From NCBI GenBank assembly GCA_951406725.2, contig OX597819.1:91760001-91824000 (forward strand): a stretch of DNA of 64,000 nucleotides. The letters are read 5' to 3'. The stretch comes from Octopus vulgaris. Its lineage: Eukaryota. A program made the position numbers and the translations under genes. This document shows positions 39,446 through 53,620 of this stretch, in pieces. Within the stretch, counting starts at the first letter, position 1. The number at the start of each line of letters is the position of its first letter. The notes below the pieces were generated by a model that was given only the letters and a program-made list of their open reading frames with translations, was not told where the DNA came from and did not search any database.

Positions 39446-39550
39446 TATATATATATATATATATATAATATTACACACACAGACACACACACATATATAT
39501 ATAACATATATATATATATATATATAACACACAAACACACACACACACAC

Positions 39551-39591
<41 letters not shown>

Positions 39592-39597
39592 ACACAC

Positions 39598-39681
<84 letters not shown>

Positions 39682-39686
39682 CACAC

Positions 39687-39726
<40 letters not shown>

Positions 39727-39737
39727 CACACACACAC

Positions 39738-39813
<76 letters not shown>

Positions 39814-39842
39814 ACACACACATATATATATATATATCAATA

Positions 39843-40290
39843 TCTATAATTCTGAAATGCGAAAAGTTTGTTTGTCTGGTTTTGGCATTGGAACGGGTTA
39901 AAGGGCAATAGATCCTGTCGGATTCGCTACAAAATTTACAGGGACATATAAAATGAGTCGAGGATGTGAGTGGGCTGCTTAATCTTTACCTAGTACGGTA
40001 ATATAATTAATTGTGTATAAAATGAAATGACTCCTGTAACTGTATGCTTCCCAGAAACATTGAAGAGCTTCACGAAAAAATAAGTTGTTCCCCTTGACAT
40101 ATTGCTTCATCTCTGTTCACTTTTTTTCAAAGATGGCGTCCTATTGACAGCAAAAAAGTTTTCTCTATATAAGTTGACAATCGTTTGATCGTGGAACCGG
40201 TACTTAATTTGTAATGATGTAATGATGTAATAGGATCCTAATATCACCATAAATCTTATTATACAAACTACTGTGACTCTTACATTTCTT
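39843..40290 (+). mobile_element. Probable non-autonomous Helitron 5' part
   Basis: Begins a|TCtataattctgaaatgcgaaaagtttgtttgtctg, the TC start plus short (GTTT/GTCT) run typical of Helitron-N 5' ends; right boundary uncertain. Confidence 0.4.
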
Positions 40291-40296
40291 TCATTT

Positions 40297-40351
<55 letters not shown>

Positions 40352-40461
40352 TTATATTTATAAATATCAGTATATATTATAATATATATCATGTCTATAA
40401 ATATTAGTATATATCATATTATAATATATATCATATTTATAAATATCAGTATATATATCCT

Positions 40462-40823
40462 TCACTCTTTTACTTGTTTCAGTCATTTGACTGCAGTCAT
40501 GCTGGAGCACCGCCCTTTGTCGAGCAAATCGACCCCTGAGCTTATTCTTTGTAAGCCTACTACTTATTCTACCGGTCTCTTTTGCCGAGCCGCTATGTTA
40601 CGGGGACGTAAACACAGACACACAAACATATACACACATACATATATAAACATATATACGACGGGCTTCTTTCAGTTTCCGTCTACCAAATCCACTCACA
40701 AGGCTTTGGTCGGTCCGAGGCTATAGTAGAAGACACTTGCCCAAGGTGCCACGCAGTGGGACTGAACCCAGAACCATGTGGTTGGTAAGCAATCTACCTA
40801 CCACACAGCCACTCCTGCGCCTA
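40462..40823 (-). mobile_element. SINE family C, near full length
   Basis: Reverse complement of 63149-63490. Confidence 0.88.
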
Positions 40824-41164
40824 CATATATATATATATTTATATATACTCCCATACAAATACACACATGTATATATTTATATAGAGAGAATGAGAATGGA
40901 GAGGGAAAGATGTATACGTGTGCGCCTTTGTGCATTTGTGTGTGTTTATTCAACGTAAGAAAGATTTTCTTAAAACCTAGACTTCATTGTAGTAACAAAA
41001 ATAGAAATGCCTAATATTCTTTTCTAAAGACTTAGTCTGGTCTTATTTCAAAGTTGATGCCTTTTGTTGGAAAGTTGGCTTTCTATAAAAGAAATGTTCT
41101 ATTTACGAGATATGATGTTATACCTATAAACCTAGATTCCATGTAAGTGAAAAATTGAGTTCAA

Positions 41165-41599
41165 GTGCACTAGGAAAAGCGAGAGAAAGGAATATGGAAG
41201 CGAAAGGGATAGGGAGAAGAAATGGATAATGGGGATATATTAAAAAGTAAGGGAATATTAATATAAAGAAATGTATATGAGAGAGATGGTGAGAAGTGTA
41301 GAAAGGAAGGAAAATGAATGAAAGATAAGAAAAAGAGTCGGTGAGAATGCGACGTTTTTATTTACCGTGATATAAGTAGTAATCCCAAAGGGAAATATTT
41401 TTTATAGGGAGGAAAAAGGAGAAAGAGTACAACAGTAAAACTAGCTTAAAATAGAGAGGGAAAGAGAGAACTATTAGGGAAGAAATAGGAGAAGATTGGA
41501 GGCAAAACGAAAGAGTGTCCGTAATGATGAGTGCAAGGCTGTCTTATCTTGCGAAAGGAGTGGTATTCAATAGAGCTTGCATAAAATCTTAGGTTACAT

Positions 41600-41660
<61 letters not shown>

Positions 41661-41880
41661 AAGAAAGAGAGAGAGATTAGTAGGAAGGGTAAAAACGGGA
41701 GACTAAAGCGCATGAAAAGTTAAGGGTTTAGGTAAGAACAGATATTTGTTATGAAGAGGAGGGGAGAAAAGTTTCGCTAAAACTAAGTATATCCAATAAA
41801 TGCATTAGAAAAATAAATGAAATATATTAGGAAAATAAGTTGGAAATTAAATTAAGGTGAAGGGGAAATGTTTTCATCGT
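41165..41880. repeat. GA-rich low-complexity tract including (GA)n
   Basis: Directly visible. Confidence 0.75.
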
Positions 41881-42185
41881 TTAGTGATTCAGGGGGACAT
41901 GAAAAAGTCATTTTGTTGATACAAAGTCAAAAGACTTTAGAACAGTCTTTATCATCAAATTGTGATGGGGCGTCCTAAAGGTACGGAGGAATTCCAGAAG
42001 TACTAAAAATATTCTACATATGCGAAAGCCGTGTGTATTGAACCTGTACATAGGATAAAGTCTTATAAAATAAACTTGTTTTGGTGACGACATTCCGAGA
42101 CCAGTTCATTCATTGATTTCAACAAGTTTACTGGATAACTTCATTTTAGTGTGTGTGTGATATATATATATATATATATATACAT

Positions 42186-42461
42186 AGTGGCTAGGGTGTT
42201 GCACTTACGATCGCGAGATCGATCGGTGTTTCAATTCCTAGACCGAGTGGTGCCTTGTATTCTTGGGGGAGAAACACTTCCTCTCACATTGCTCTGCGAT
42301 CACTTCGACACCTGACGCGTGGTACACTGTGTACCTGTTCAGGCAATGTCGATTTGATGGAGAGAGTGAGCTAATGTACGACACATACATTTAATCACTA
42401 TCAACAAATCATTTGTGCAAAGGCTGACCGCTTATACGTCGTCTTCAACGGGAAAGTCCAC

Positions 42462-42462
<1 letters not shown>
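42186..42462 (+). mobile_element. tRNA-derived SINE variant
   Basis: agtggctagggtgttgcacttacgatcgcgag...gtttcaattcctagaccg head, CORE-like body, distinct tail. Confidence 0.6.
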
Positions 42463-42502
<40 letters not shown>

Positions 42503-44636
42503 CTCAAGATAGAGACAGAAAGATATGGAGGGAAAGTGAATACAAGAGTTCAAAAGAAAGAGGTGGGTAGAAGCACGAATAAATGCAAGTAATTATTTAT
42601 AATTAATTTCACTGTGTGTAAAAGCACTTTTATTTGTTGGAGTCATCGCTGAAATCTTTAAACGATCGCTCCACCAATTAGAAATGGCCGAAAAACCTCT
42701 CTCATATCACGCACTGTCGTGTTTAAGAAAGGAAAGACATTTGACTCCGATGACGTCGGGTCAAAGAGGCTCGTTTTCTCGAGAAATAACAACCAAATGT
42801 CCATAAAATAATATTGGTTTAATAGAAAAAAAACAAAAAACAAAAAACACCCCAGAAAAGGACAAATTATGTAACGTACATTTAAACATCATTAAAAGAC
42901 AGGTTGGTCACAGAGGGAATGCTTTCGATACAGTTCTGTTTGAACAATAGTAACCACATTGGAAAGATGGAGGAGCAAAGTTGAACTCACAACGTAATGA
43001 AACGAAACAAAACAGCCAAAATGTCAATCGCTTACTCTCTCTCTATTTCTCTCTCTTACTCTCTATCCCTCTTTGGCCTATACACGCTTTCTCTCTTTCC
43101 CTCACCTATACTAGCTCTTCAATAAATAAACAAATATATATAAAAAATAAAACAATGAGATATTAGAAATAATTTTATTTTCCTCCCACTCACTGAGACA
43201 TGCAGTCTTCTTTATTTGATATCCTCCGTGTACTGTTATCTTTAGAGATCTCCAAACGAGAACGTAACCTAACTTTAGATAAAAGTGCATCTGAGAATAG
43301 AAGAAAAATAATCATTACTGTGAAACCTTATTTTCTTTATTAGTACTCTGACACATTGTAATCTCTACCGCTTTTGTAAAAGAAAAAATGTTACGTATTT
43401 TACTAGAGGGTATTTTTGTATATATATATTTTGGTGTTAAAGTATACAAGATATTTAAAACTTTGTCAATTTTATTTTCAATACGTAGAATATATTTTTT
43501 TCTACTTTCTAAGTCATAAGTTGTGTTTCTTCAACTTGCCTGAAGATGGCGGCCTTAAGCCTCTAACAAAGCTGTATACCTTATTTCTTTCGAATTGTTT
43601 TAACCGTCATCTCTCCATCCTTTATTGCTTCTCACACTATTTCAGTACTTCTTGCTAATTTTGTTTCACTTTCCTTGTGTTTCTCTGTGTTCCTGCCACT
43701 TTCCATGTCTCTGTCCCTATCTCTTACTTTCTCTACGATCTGAAGAATAGAAAATAAAAACACAATGCAAGATCCATGATCCAGAATTTCGAACCTGCTC
43801 AATTTATATGCAGTTGTTCACGAATTTGGATATTGCAGTTAACTCCAGTTAATTAATTTTATTCTATGATTAAGCATAATATTCAAGACGCTCTGAGAAA
43901 GGGAAATTCATTAATTCATTTATTGTGATTTGTTCCGTATTAAATAAGGGAGAGAAGGGATATGTTTGGTGGTTTTGAGGAGGGGAGTATTCATCACAAA
44001 ATCGAGAAGCAACCAGAACAATGGAAATTTAGAAGTAGATCTTATAACTTTCTAGATTAGGTATGGGCAACCATTTTTAAGACGAGGACTCATGAGACAT
44101 GATTCATCATTAGGCGAATCACTCTACTACAAAAATTTCAGGGTAATATTTCGTTAGGCGAGCTATGACTGCTCTAGATATTAAACGATTAAGAATTACT
44201 ATCGGCCCCTCGGTCAAAGAACCGACATCGCAAGAACTTTTTCGTATGTAGATTTCGAAATTGAAGTGCAGGGTTGTGATATTCATACCTTTTCTCCAGG
44301 TCACTAAAGATGTAAGATAAGTCGTTCCAAATGGAAATAGAAATAGGTCTGCGGGGTTTTTGCCAAGGGATCATCGCTTACGGTTTGTTAACAAGATAAA
44401 TTCTACTACATCAGCGTTTCCTGCGTGAAGGCAAATCACGCAAATTATGGCCTAAGCTAATAAAGGAATGCAAATAACAAAACAGATTTTAATACGAATC
44501 TTTCATTTTTACGAAAGACAGCTGGATAAGTACATTAGCTTACAGCTGTTTCTGCTGTCAGCTATTGAGGCTTTTTCCGAAGCATATGCATATTGAATTC
44601 TAACACCGGGTTATTAGTATTGCTATGCCCAAGCGA

Positions 44637-44689
<53 letters not shown>

Positions 44690-45620
44690 ATATATATATA
44701 TGTGTTTGTGTGTGTGAGAGCGAGAGAAGTTGACTACTGGAAAATACCTAATAGTATATTTAACTCTAAATATTTGAAGTATGTTCAATCAACAGTCAAA
44801 TTCCTACTTCATTCCGTCAATATTTCTAAATGCCACCTTAGCTACATATTGAGTACAAAAGATCTTTATTTTCTTAATAATATTTTCGTAATAAGGAATT
44901 ACAAAGATTCTGTTGCAACTTAATGTTTCTAAACACGACAAAAAGTCGACAGACTTTCAGAACAATTTGTATTTACCTATATGATGGATATTTTAAAAGA
45001 CATATACTGAATTACTAAAAATCACATTGGATGCACCTTCATCTCTTATAAGGATTGATGCTGAAAGTACAAAATTCTGCGAGAGATTTAGAAATATCAA
45101 AGCTCTTGTGTCCTTTGTAAAGTTCTGTAACAAATTGAAAGCTCTTTTGTATTTCAACTAACTTCACAAGGTTTCCTTTTTACAAGCTTTTTCAGTGATA
45201 AAACTTCACAAGCTGTTTCAGTGATAAAAATTGGGCAATATATAGATAAATACATATTTATAGGCATAGAAACAAAAATAGATGCAAAGTTTTGAAATAG
45301 CATCTTGTTGACACTCAAATAGATATTGTAGACAGATAGATGTATTACTGAATACATAGTTAGATAGCCGGATAGATAGACAGCAATATGAATGGGCAGA
45401 TAGTTAGATAAATAGGTAGATAAGTAGATAGATAGATAGATAAATAATTGCTAGGTAGATAGATAAATAAATTAAAAGCTAGCTAGTTAGATAGATAAAT
45501 AAATAAATAGGTAATTTGATAATTACATAAATAACTGGATAAATAGATAGGTAGATAGAAAGGTATCAGGTTTAGTATGTTAAGTATCATAATTCAATAA
45601 TTCCACTTGCTAACAATGTT

Positions 45621-45658
<38 letters not shown>

Positions 45659-46049
45659 CACACACACATATATATCTCGAGCATGAATAGCAGAAATAAC
45701 AAAATCTGTTCGACCAATGGTAAGAAGCCAGCAGATGTAGGATTATTAATATGGAGGATATAACATTCGTCACGTGAGCTGAATAACCTGTTAATGAAAG
45801 CAGATATGTTCTTGCAGCCTTACATATTGAAACCGCCCGATCAACTAAGCGTGTGACGTATGCAGGAGTGTGTGTGTGTGTGTGAGCATGCGTGTGGAGG
45901 TGGGTGTAGGGTGATCTTATATATTTTTGTGATGTCTCCATTTTGTATAATTCGGGTGATAGAATTTCCTGCCACCGAAGATTCAAACGTTGTTTTGTGT
46001 ATGCGCATGTATGCTTATGTATGTATATATGTATGTGTGTATGTATGTA

Positions 46050-46084
<35 letters not shown>

Positions 46085-46105
46085 ATGTATGTATGTATGT
46101 ATGTA

Positions 46106-46150
<45 letters not shown>

Positions 46151-46152
<2 letters not shown>

Positions 46153-46212
46153 AATTATTCAGTTTTATTTCGAAATTTCTTGCTAACAGAGAAAGAACCA
46201 GTTTTTAACCTT
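46151..46212 (-). mobile_element. R4/Dong-like 3' terminus fragment
   Basis: attattcagttttatttcgaaatttcttgc matches 2344-2400; abuts (TATG)/(TG)n. Confidence 0.65.
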
Positions 46213-46373
46213 GATCGATCCCATTACGCAACTGGAACTTAATTTATCGACCCCCCCAAAAGGATAAAAGACAAAGCCGATCTCAGCGGAATTTGAACTC
46301 AGAACATAGCAACGGGCGAAATACCGCTAAGCGCTTCGTCCGACGTGCTAAAGTTTCTGCTAGCTCACCGCCA
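46213..46373 (-). mobile_element. SINE family B
   Basis: Reverse complement of the family B head and core. Confidence 0.8.
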
Positions 46374-46413
46374 TAATTACGCACATATATCAATGTAATA
46401 CATATGTAATGCT

Positions 46414-46724
46414 TGAAAGCACATGGCTTCATGGTTAGAGGATCGAGCTCACGATCATGAGGTGGTGAGTTCGATTCCCGGACCGGGCTATGTGTTGTGT
46501 TCTTGAGTAAGACACTTTATTTCACATTGCTCCAGCCGTAGAAATGAGTTGCGACATCACAGGTGCCAAGCTGTATCGGCCTTTGCCTTTCTCTCGGATA
46601 ACATCGGTGGCGTGGATAGGGAAGGCTGGTATGCATGGGCGACTGCTAGTCTTCGGCAAACAACCATGCCCAGACTTGTGCCTCGGAGGGGAACTTTCTA
46701 GCTGCAGTCCCATGGTCATTCATG
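46414..46724 (+). mobile_element. tRNA-derived SINE with CORE-like body
   Basis: Aligns with 29733-30071. Confidence 0.8.
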
Positions 46725-47461
46725 TTTAGTTGAAATACAAAAGAGCTTTCAATATGTTACAGAACTTTACAAAAGATACAAGAGATTTGATATTTCTGAA
46801 TCTCTCGTAGAATTTTGTACTTTCAGCCTCAATCTTTATAAGAGATGAAGGTGCTTCCAATGTGATTTTAGTAATTCAGGACATGTCTTTTAAAATATCC
46901 ATCAATTTTTACTTACATATATTTTACTTACATATATTTACTTACATACGTAAACATATATTTTACTTGCATATATTTTCTTTACATATGCAATGGTGAA
47001 TAAATAATACGAAAATATTTTTCCAACTTCTGTTTTGATACATAGTTACTCTAAAAACAATATTTCCAGAATTTTCAACTCTACATGCAGAATAGGAATA
47101 CTAGAATAAGCAGATGTGCTTTAAGAAGACGTAACTTGGATTTCAACCCTAGCTACATCGTTTATATCCTACAAATAATCCTCATCCAACAAAGTTCCAC
47201 TTATCCTAGAAATATTAAACGTACCAGAGACTGTCTAAATCCAAGATGAATTCATCAGTCCGATGAAAGCTAAGTAGACCGAAACATCGAAGTCCCGATG
47301 GAAGCTAAGCAGACTATTCTTGTTAAAGAAGAATAAATATAGACTCTAAAAAATGTAACCCTTTAGTTTATTATTAAATTATTTTTATTATAACTAGCTA
47401 TAAAATCAAATAGTACACACACACATACACACACAAACGCACACACACACACACACACACA

Positions 47462-47517
<56 letters not shown>

Positions 47518-47519
<2 letters not shown>

Positions 47520-47708
47520 GGGAGAATTCACAAAAGAAAAAACAAAAGACGAAGACAGGAGGTGTAGACAACAAACAGATGTATTAGTATACCGCTCGGG
47601 AAGTGAAAAGGTCTTTAACGTTTCGAGCCAACGCTCTTCTACAGAAAGAAAAACAAGGAGAGAAAATAAAAGAATGTGTAGTGGCCAGCGATTTATCATG
47701 GCGAATGA
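47518..47708 (-). mobile_element. ~200-nt hammerhead-bearing repeat family, copy 1
   Basis: Aligns with 56886-57067 and the reverse complement of 63560-63785. Minus strand 47613-47648: cttt-CTGTAGA-a-gagc-gttg-gctc-GAA-ACGT-T-aaag. Confidence 0.75.
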
Positions 47709-50700
47709 TATATATATATATATATATATGGCCAGCTCCTGGTACTTCAACCAGATCATGCAATTTTGAAACCTAAAAAATGAGTTACATGTAATATGTA
47801 TGTAACCTTTTCCCAGCTGTCTCCCATAAAAATGAAAGACGACTGATATTAAAATCTGCTTTATTTGCATTTGTTTTATATAGCTTAAGCATACTTTGCG
47901 TGGTTTGCATTCACGCTGTAAACGCCGCCAATACACACATACACACATAGTTTGTGTGTATATGCATATGTAAGAGCATATACAGATATACACATATACA
48001 GAAATAGTATTTTTTTTTTATTATGCAGCAATGGCAAAAAATCGTATTAAAAGTAATGTAAAACTGTATTGTGGGAAATGTTCATAAAATATCAACATTA
48101 ATCCTCAACTGACCAAACTTCAGACGTTGTCAGTTTCCATAAGCCGAAATTCAATAATTTTTTTGTTCTCATTGACTACTTATAACAAAGATTGTTTATC
48201 TTTTACATCATATATTCCCACTGTCGCTATTTGTAAAACGACGTGCTAATTATAAGGATAAACGGAATATTACAATATTATAAAAAAAACCTGTAGTTAG
48301 CGTCTGAAATCAGTTATTGCTATTCACTGTGTGTGTGTGTGTGTGTGCGTGTATGTGTGAGTTTTATTTTATTTAAAGACATTAGTCTGTCGCGCCATCT
48401 GCAGGATTAGCACTTTTGTCAGTGATAATCATAGACAAACAGATATTGTTGGACAGAGATATTGCTAGGAAGTATAAACATTTTAAAGTATGCCGAATGC
48501 CATTAGCATTGATCCAATGTTAACAATGTTTCATTCTTTTCATAATGTCTTTTGTATCTACACAATTCTGTACTAAGTATATTCAATAAGAGAGACGTCC
48601 ATTTTCTAACCAAGGAAAGGCTTTATCGAACGTCACCAGAACCGAATAGTAATGAGATTAGCTGCAGAAAATGTGAATTGCTTTCCTTTAATGTATGCTA
48701 TGCTATATAAACACATGCATGCATACATACATACTTAGGTAAATACATTCATATTTACATATATATATATATATATACACAAACTTACATGCAGGTACAC
48801 GCATATATATAGTCTGTTGTCTTTTGATTTTGTGATGTTGCATAAGAACACCTTTACTGTAACGTATAGTTATTTCTGACATACGTATGCTAATTTATTG
48901 TATATGATTATTAGGTAAAAAAAAAAGATATACAATTTTAATGATTACACTATTTGAGTACATGGAAGCAATTTAGTCAAAATTCATAACTCCACACAGT
49001 ATATATTTCTTTTCTATATTTTCCAAGTTAACTGTGAATTCATACAAGTTATAATACTCAATGCTTGAAGTTAGATTCAAGTTTTAAGCTCAACATAGTT
49101 TCGGAAGATTGTTTTCTAAAATAATTTTAAGGAATAATTTAGTGCGATGGTTATCGTCTAACTTTTTTTTTACTTGTTTCAGTCATAGGATTACGGCCAT
49201 GCTGGGGCACTCTCTTGAAGGGTTTAGTCGAACAAATCGACTACTTATTCTATCGTTCTTTTTTACCGAACTGCTACGTTGTTAATCGGATGGTAAAGAG
49301 AAAACACAAAGACACACATACGTTTCCGTCGATCAGATTCACTGACAGGGCGTTGGTTGGCGCCTGGGCTATAGTAAAAGGAACTTGTCCAAGATACTAC
49401 GTAGTGGGATTGAACCTGAAGCCACATGGTTGTAAAGCAGATTCTTAACATTGTCCAGATATTCTAAAGAATACTATTTGACTGACCTCAACTATGATCG
49501 GGAAAACGTAGATCTTGTTAAAATAGACTTGCAAATAGATATAGCTTTAACATTTCATGTTTAGGATAGTATAATAAATCACTGAAAGGGCATGAGACCA
49601 AGAGAAAGCCTCTATGCGACCATTCGACTGGATCGAAATACAGGTATTCCCCGTGTTACGGAAATTTTGTGTTCAATCGGAAAATAGCGCTATAAATATA
49701 CAGGAAAATAATGGGAACAATGGGAAAATAGTGCTACGAAATTCCAATTTATTACAAGATTTTCAGAAACGTAACACTGTCGTAACGCGAAGACACTGGA
49801 GCGTTATTTACGCAAATCTTTCTCAAATCACACTCTGTCGTTTTATGAAAAGAAAGGAACATTGAAAAATGTATTCCTAGCCACAACGAACCTGCAAGAA
49901 AAAGTCCCCCAAAAGTTAAAAAAAAATTTTAAATTAAAATAAACAACAAAAAACAAAAAAAACAAACAAACAAAAAATGGTAGATGCTAAAGTTACAGTT
50001 TAAAACATTGAATTCCATTCAACGTCTAAGACTTTACAGATTTTCGTAACACAAGGTTGCTTGGATTCTGTGCTCGTCAAATTTTTCTTAAATAACATCT
50101 CGTCGCCTTGTAAGAAGAAAGTCAAATTGAATTATATTTTTCTAGATACATTATGTCTACAAAATGAAATAAATAAATAATAAATGAATAAATAAATAAA
50201 TAAAGGAAGACGGGTTAGTCTCAGAATACGGTCCTTTGTCTGCCTGCGCAGTGAAGGCTGACCTGAAGCTGGGTAAGATATTTTCCACTTCCATCACTAC
50301 CACTAACAATAATTCATTATGGGAGGCTTCATCACACATTTGCTAATATGCACACTAGTTCTAATAAACACTTTAGTTCAAATAAAATCATATCGAGTAT
50401 AAATTTTATATCTTTAAATGGCGGAAAATTGGCTGCATTCTAGCAAAGCAAGATTCAGTCTTTTGTTTTCATTCAATCACATTCTTTCTTATCTATGGTA
50501 AAACTCTTTCAAGAAATCAATCTTATCAAAAGGAAAATTATTGGAGCGTTGTATTTCTGGATGAGAATAAAAACACACAAAAAGAAATACCAGGGGCAAA
50601 AAAGTGTGCCTATAACGGTGTAACTAATTAATTCATTCACTCATTTACTTCTTTTTTTCATTCCTTCTTACCATTTTTTAGCTTCAATATTGTCTGCATT

Positions 50701-50839
50701 TCTCTGCATGCATGCGTTCCTAGAGAGGAAGTAAACACACCTTTATACACACTCACACACATTCGCACACCGTGATATAACATTACATTGCAATAAACGA
50801 GTCAAATGTGTTAATCATTGGTTGTCACGTGACAACACA

Positions 50840-50891
<52 letters not shown>

Positions 50892-51138
50892 GTATGTATA
50901 TATATATGTATGTATATATGTATATATATATGTATATATATATGTATGTATATATGTATATATGTATGTATATATGTATGTATATATGTATGTATGTATG
51001 TATATATGTATGTATATATGTATGTATATATGTATATATGTATGTATATATGTATATATGTATGTATGTATATATATATATATGTATGTATATATGTATA
51101 TATGTATGTATGTATATATATGTATATATGTATGTATG

Positions 51139-51169
<31 letters not shown>

Positions 51170-51210
51170 ATATATATGTATGTATGTATGTATATATATA
51201 TGTATGTATG

Positions 51211-51243
<33 letters not shown>

Positions 51244-51288
51244 GTATGTATATATATATATATATGTATGTATATATATATATGTATG

Positions 51289-51323
<35 letters not shown>

Positions 51324-51365
51324 GTATGTATATATATATATATATATATGTATGTATATATATAT

Positions 51366-51396
<31 letters not shown>

Positions 51397-51422
51397 GTAT
51401 ATATATATATTATATATATATA
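50840..51422. repeat. ~580-bp compound (TA)n/(TATG)n microsatellite
   Basis: Directly visible. Confidence 0.95.
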
Positions 51423-51627
51423 CAGGTAGCAGGGGATAATCCCAGCTGTTTCCTCTTGAAGCACATCTGCTTATATCTATTAATACAATTCAATATGCGG
51501 CCACTGTTGCTGCTATAAGTTAGTCAAAATACCTATTAAAATTGAAAATTATGGAAAATATTATTTACGGAAATAGTGTACAACAAAACAGGAAATTAGA
51601 AATTTTTTGGGGGGTATTATTTATTAA

Positions 51628-51721
51628 CCATTACACGTGTTTCATTTGCTGATAGGAATTACAAAGATTTACATGTTAGGTAGACATTTAAGGAATTTCC
51701 TATCAGAAACTCTTCAAACAG
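51628..51721 (-). ncRNA. Type I hammerhead-like motif with long stem II (C3U)
   Basis: Minus strand ctgt-TTGAAGA-gttt-ctgataggaa...ttcctatcag-c-aaat-GAA-ACACGTGT-A-atgg: 10-bp perfect stem II segment, palindromic stem III, GUA triplet. Confidence 0.7.
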
Positions 51722-52299
51722 AGAAATAAAAAATAATTCTCCGTCTAAAGAATTTGTAATAAAAAATTCCATACATCTCTCTCTCTCCCCATCTCTCTCT
51801 TTCTCTCTCTATATATATATACACGGGATTAACTAGCATATGTGAAATTTATATATAACATATGCTAGCTAACCCCTAACTGTTGTCACAGCATCCCTGT
51901 AGAAGAGGGACACTCGAATGTAAAACTTGTGGTCTCGTATGATTATTGGTCATCTCTCTTCGGCCTGTTGCTGGGTACTATTCACGGAAACTAAGAGAGT
52001 GGTGCTCGTGTTGTGCATGCATTTATCATCGTAGACTAATGATATACAAATGTTTCTTTATAGTAACCTCATTTGTCATCCTGACTACTGAAAGTACTAT
52101 GGCAATAGAAGAGTAGCGACGTGTGCATATCTAACCAGTTGGAGGTGCACAGCAAATTATAACATTCATCTGTCACTCATGTTTCAAACTATGCAGATCT
52201 GCAACGGGGCTGAATAGTTATCCGAGAGGTGATGGAGGAAAAGAGGCACAAGGAGACGGCAATCTCCAGCAAACATATTTAAAATAATTATTTCTACTG

Positions 52300-52683
52300 G
52301 GAAGCACTCCGTCGGTTACGACGACGAGGGTTCCGGTTGATCCGAATCAACGGAACAGCCTGCTCGTGAAATTAACGTGTAAGTGGCTGAGCACTCCACA
52401 GACACGTGTACCCTTAACGTAGTTCTCGGGAATATTCAGCGTGACACAGAGAGTGACAAGGCCGGCCCTTTGAAATACAGGTACAACTGAAACAGGAAGT
52501 AAGAGTGAGAGAAAGTTGTGGTGAAAGAGTACAGCAGGGATCACCACCATCCCTGCCGGAGCCTCGTGGAGCTTTAGGTGTTTTCGCTCAATAAACACTC
52601 ACAACGCCCGGTCTGGGAATCGAAACCGCGATCCTACGACCGCGAGTCCGCTGCCCTAACCACTGGGCCATTGTGCCTCCACA
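52300..52683 (-). mobile_element. tRNA-derived SINE family A, well preserved
   Basis: Reverse complement of the 24717 head and body; 3' tail shared with the 53621 copy. Confidence 0.9.
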
Positions 52684-53041
52684 ATTATTTCTACTATAGG
52701 TACAAGTTCTGAAATTTTCAGGGAATGGGGCATGTCGATTATATAAATCCAGTGCTCAACTGGTATTGATAGGACTACACAGCCACAGTAGGAAATGTAT
52801 CAGGACATGAAATATAAAAGCCGGACTAGACTACTTTATGCGCAACTCCATTGTCTCCCGAGACAGAAAGGATGCCAACAACTGGTATTAATTCCATCGA
52901 TCCCGAAAGGATGAAAGACAAAATCAACCCCAGCGGAATTTGAACTCAGAACGTAAAGGCGGACAAAATGCTGCTAAGTATTTTCTCCGGCGTGCTTATG
53001 ATTCTGTCAGTTCGCCATGTTCAAACATGATCAAAATAATT

Positions 53042-53238
53042 CTTTCTACTGTAGGCACAAGGTCTGAAAATTCGGGAGAGAGGCTACTCGATTACTGCGA
53101 CTTCCGTGCGCAACTGATACTTATCTTATCGTTCGTTAAAGGATGAAAGGCAAAGTCGACCTCGGCGGAATTTGAACTCAAAACCTAGAGACGGACTAAG
53201 TGTCGCTAAGTATTTTGCCCTGCCAGTTCACCGCCTTA
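53042..53238 (-). mobile_element. SINE family B
   Basis: ggatgaaaggcaaagtcgacctcggcggaatttgaactc...ccagttcaccgcctt. Confidence 0.8.
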
Positions 53239-53620
53239 AACATGAAAATAATGAAAATATGAAAAAGGAAATAACGAATTAGTCTTTATTAAATTGTTTT
53301 TTTATTATAATAATTACAATGAGATTTTCCTTTAGAACAACGCATTTATAGTGGAAATAACTGAATGGGAAGCTTTTAAAAATCAATCTGGCGATATATA
53401 AAGCAACGCTTTGGTTGAATTTGAACTCAAAATGTTAAGAATAGCAAGCAAATTTCAAAAGCCTTGAAGCTCTGGAAATATTATTTTTTTTCATTAGTAG
53501 AATTGCTAACATTAGACTATTAAACCATTAAAACAACTGTTTATGTCGGTTTTCATTAAAATTAAATAAAGGCTTAACACGGCTGTCTTCTTTGTAGTAG
53601 TCAATTTGAAGTTCTTAAAA

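Larger units (their letters stand above)
44982..46904. repeat. ~180-bp inverted repeat pair (44982-45161 / 46726-46904)
   Basis: tgatggatattttaaaagacat...gctcttttgtatttcaactaa is the near reverse complement of ttagttgaaatacaaaagagc...atgtcttttaaaatatccatca. Confidence 0.85.

Noticed and set aside
50219-50278. Possible mini-exon (tctcag|...YGPLSACAVKADLKLG|gtaaga) as PDZ exon 2
   Set aside because: No polypyrimidine tract; the phase-0 frame needed after exon 1 gives no PDZ motif.
51826-51876. Small hairpin (ctagcatatgt/acatatgctag)
   Set aside because: Short and AT-rich, adjacent to microsatellite; more likely a repeat end than an RNA gene.
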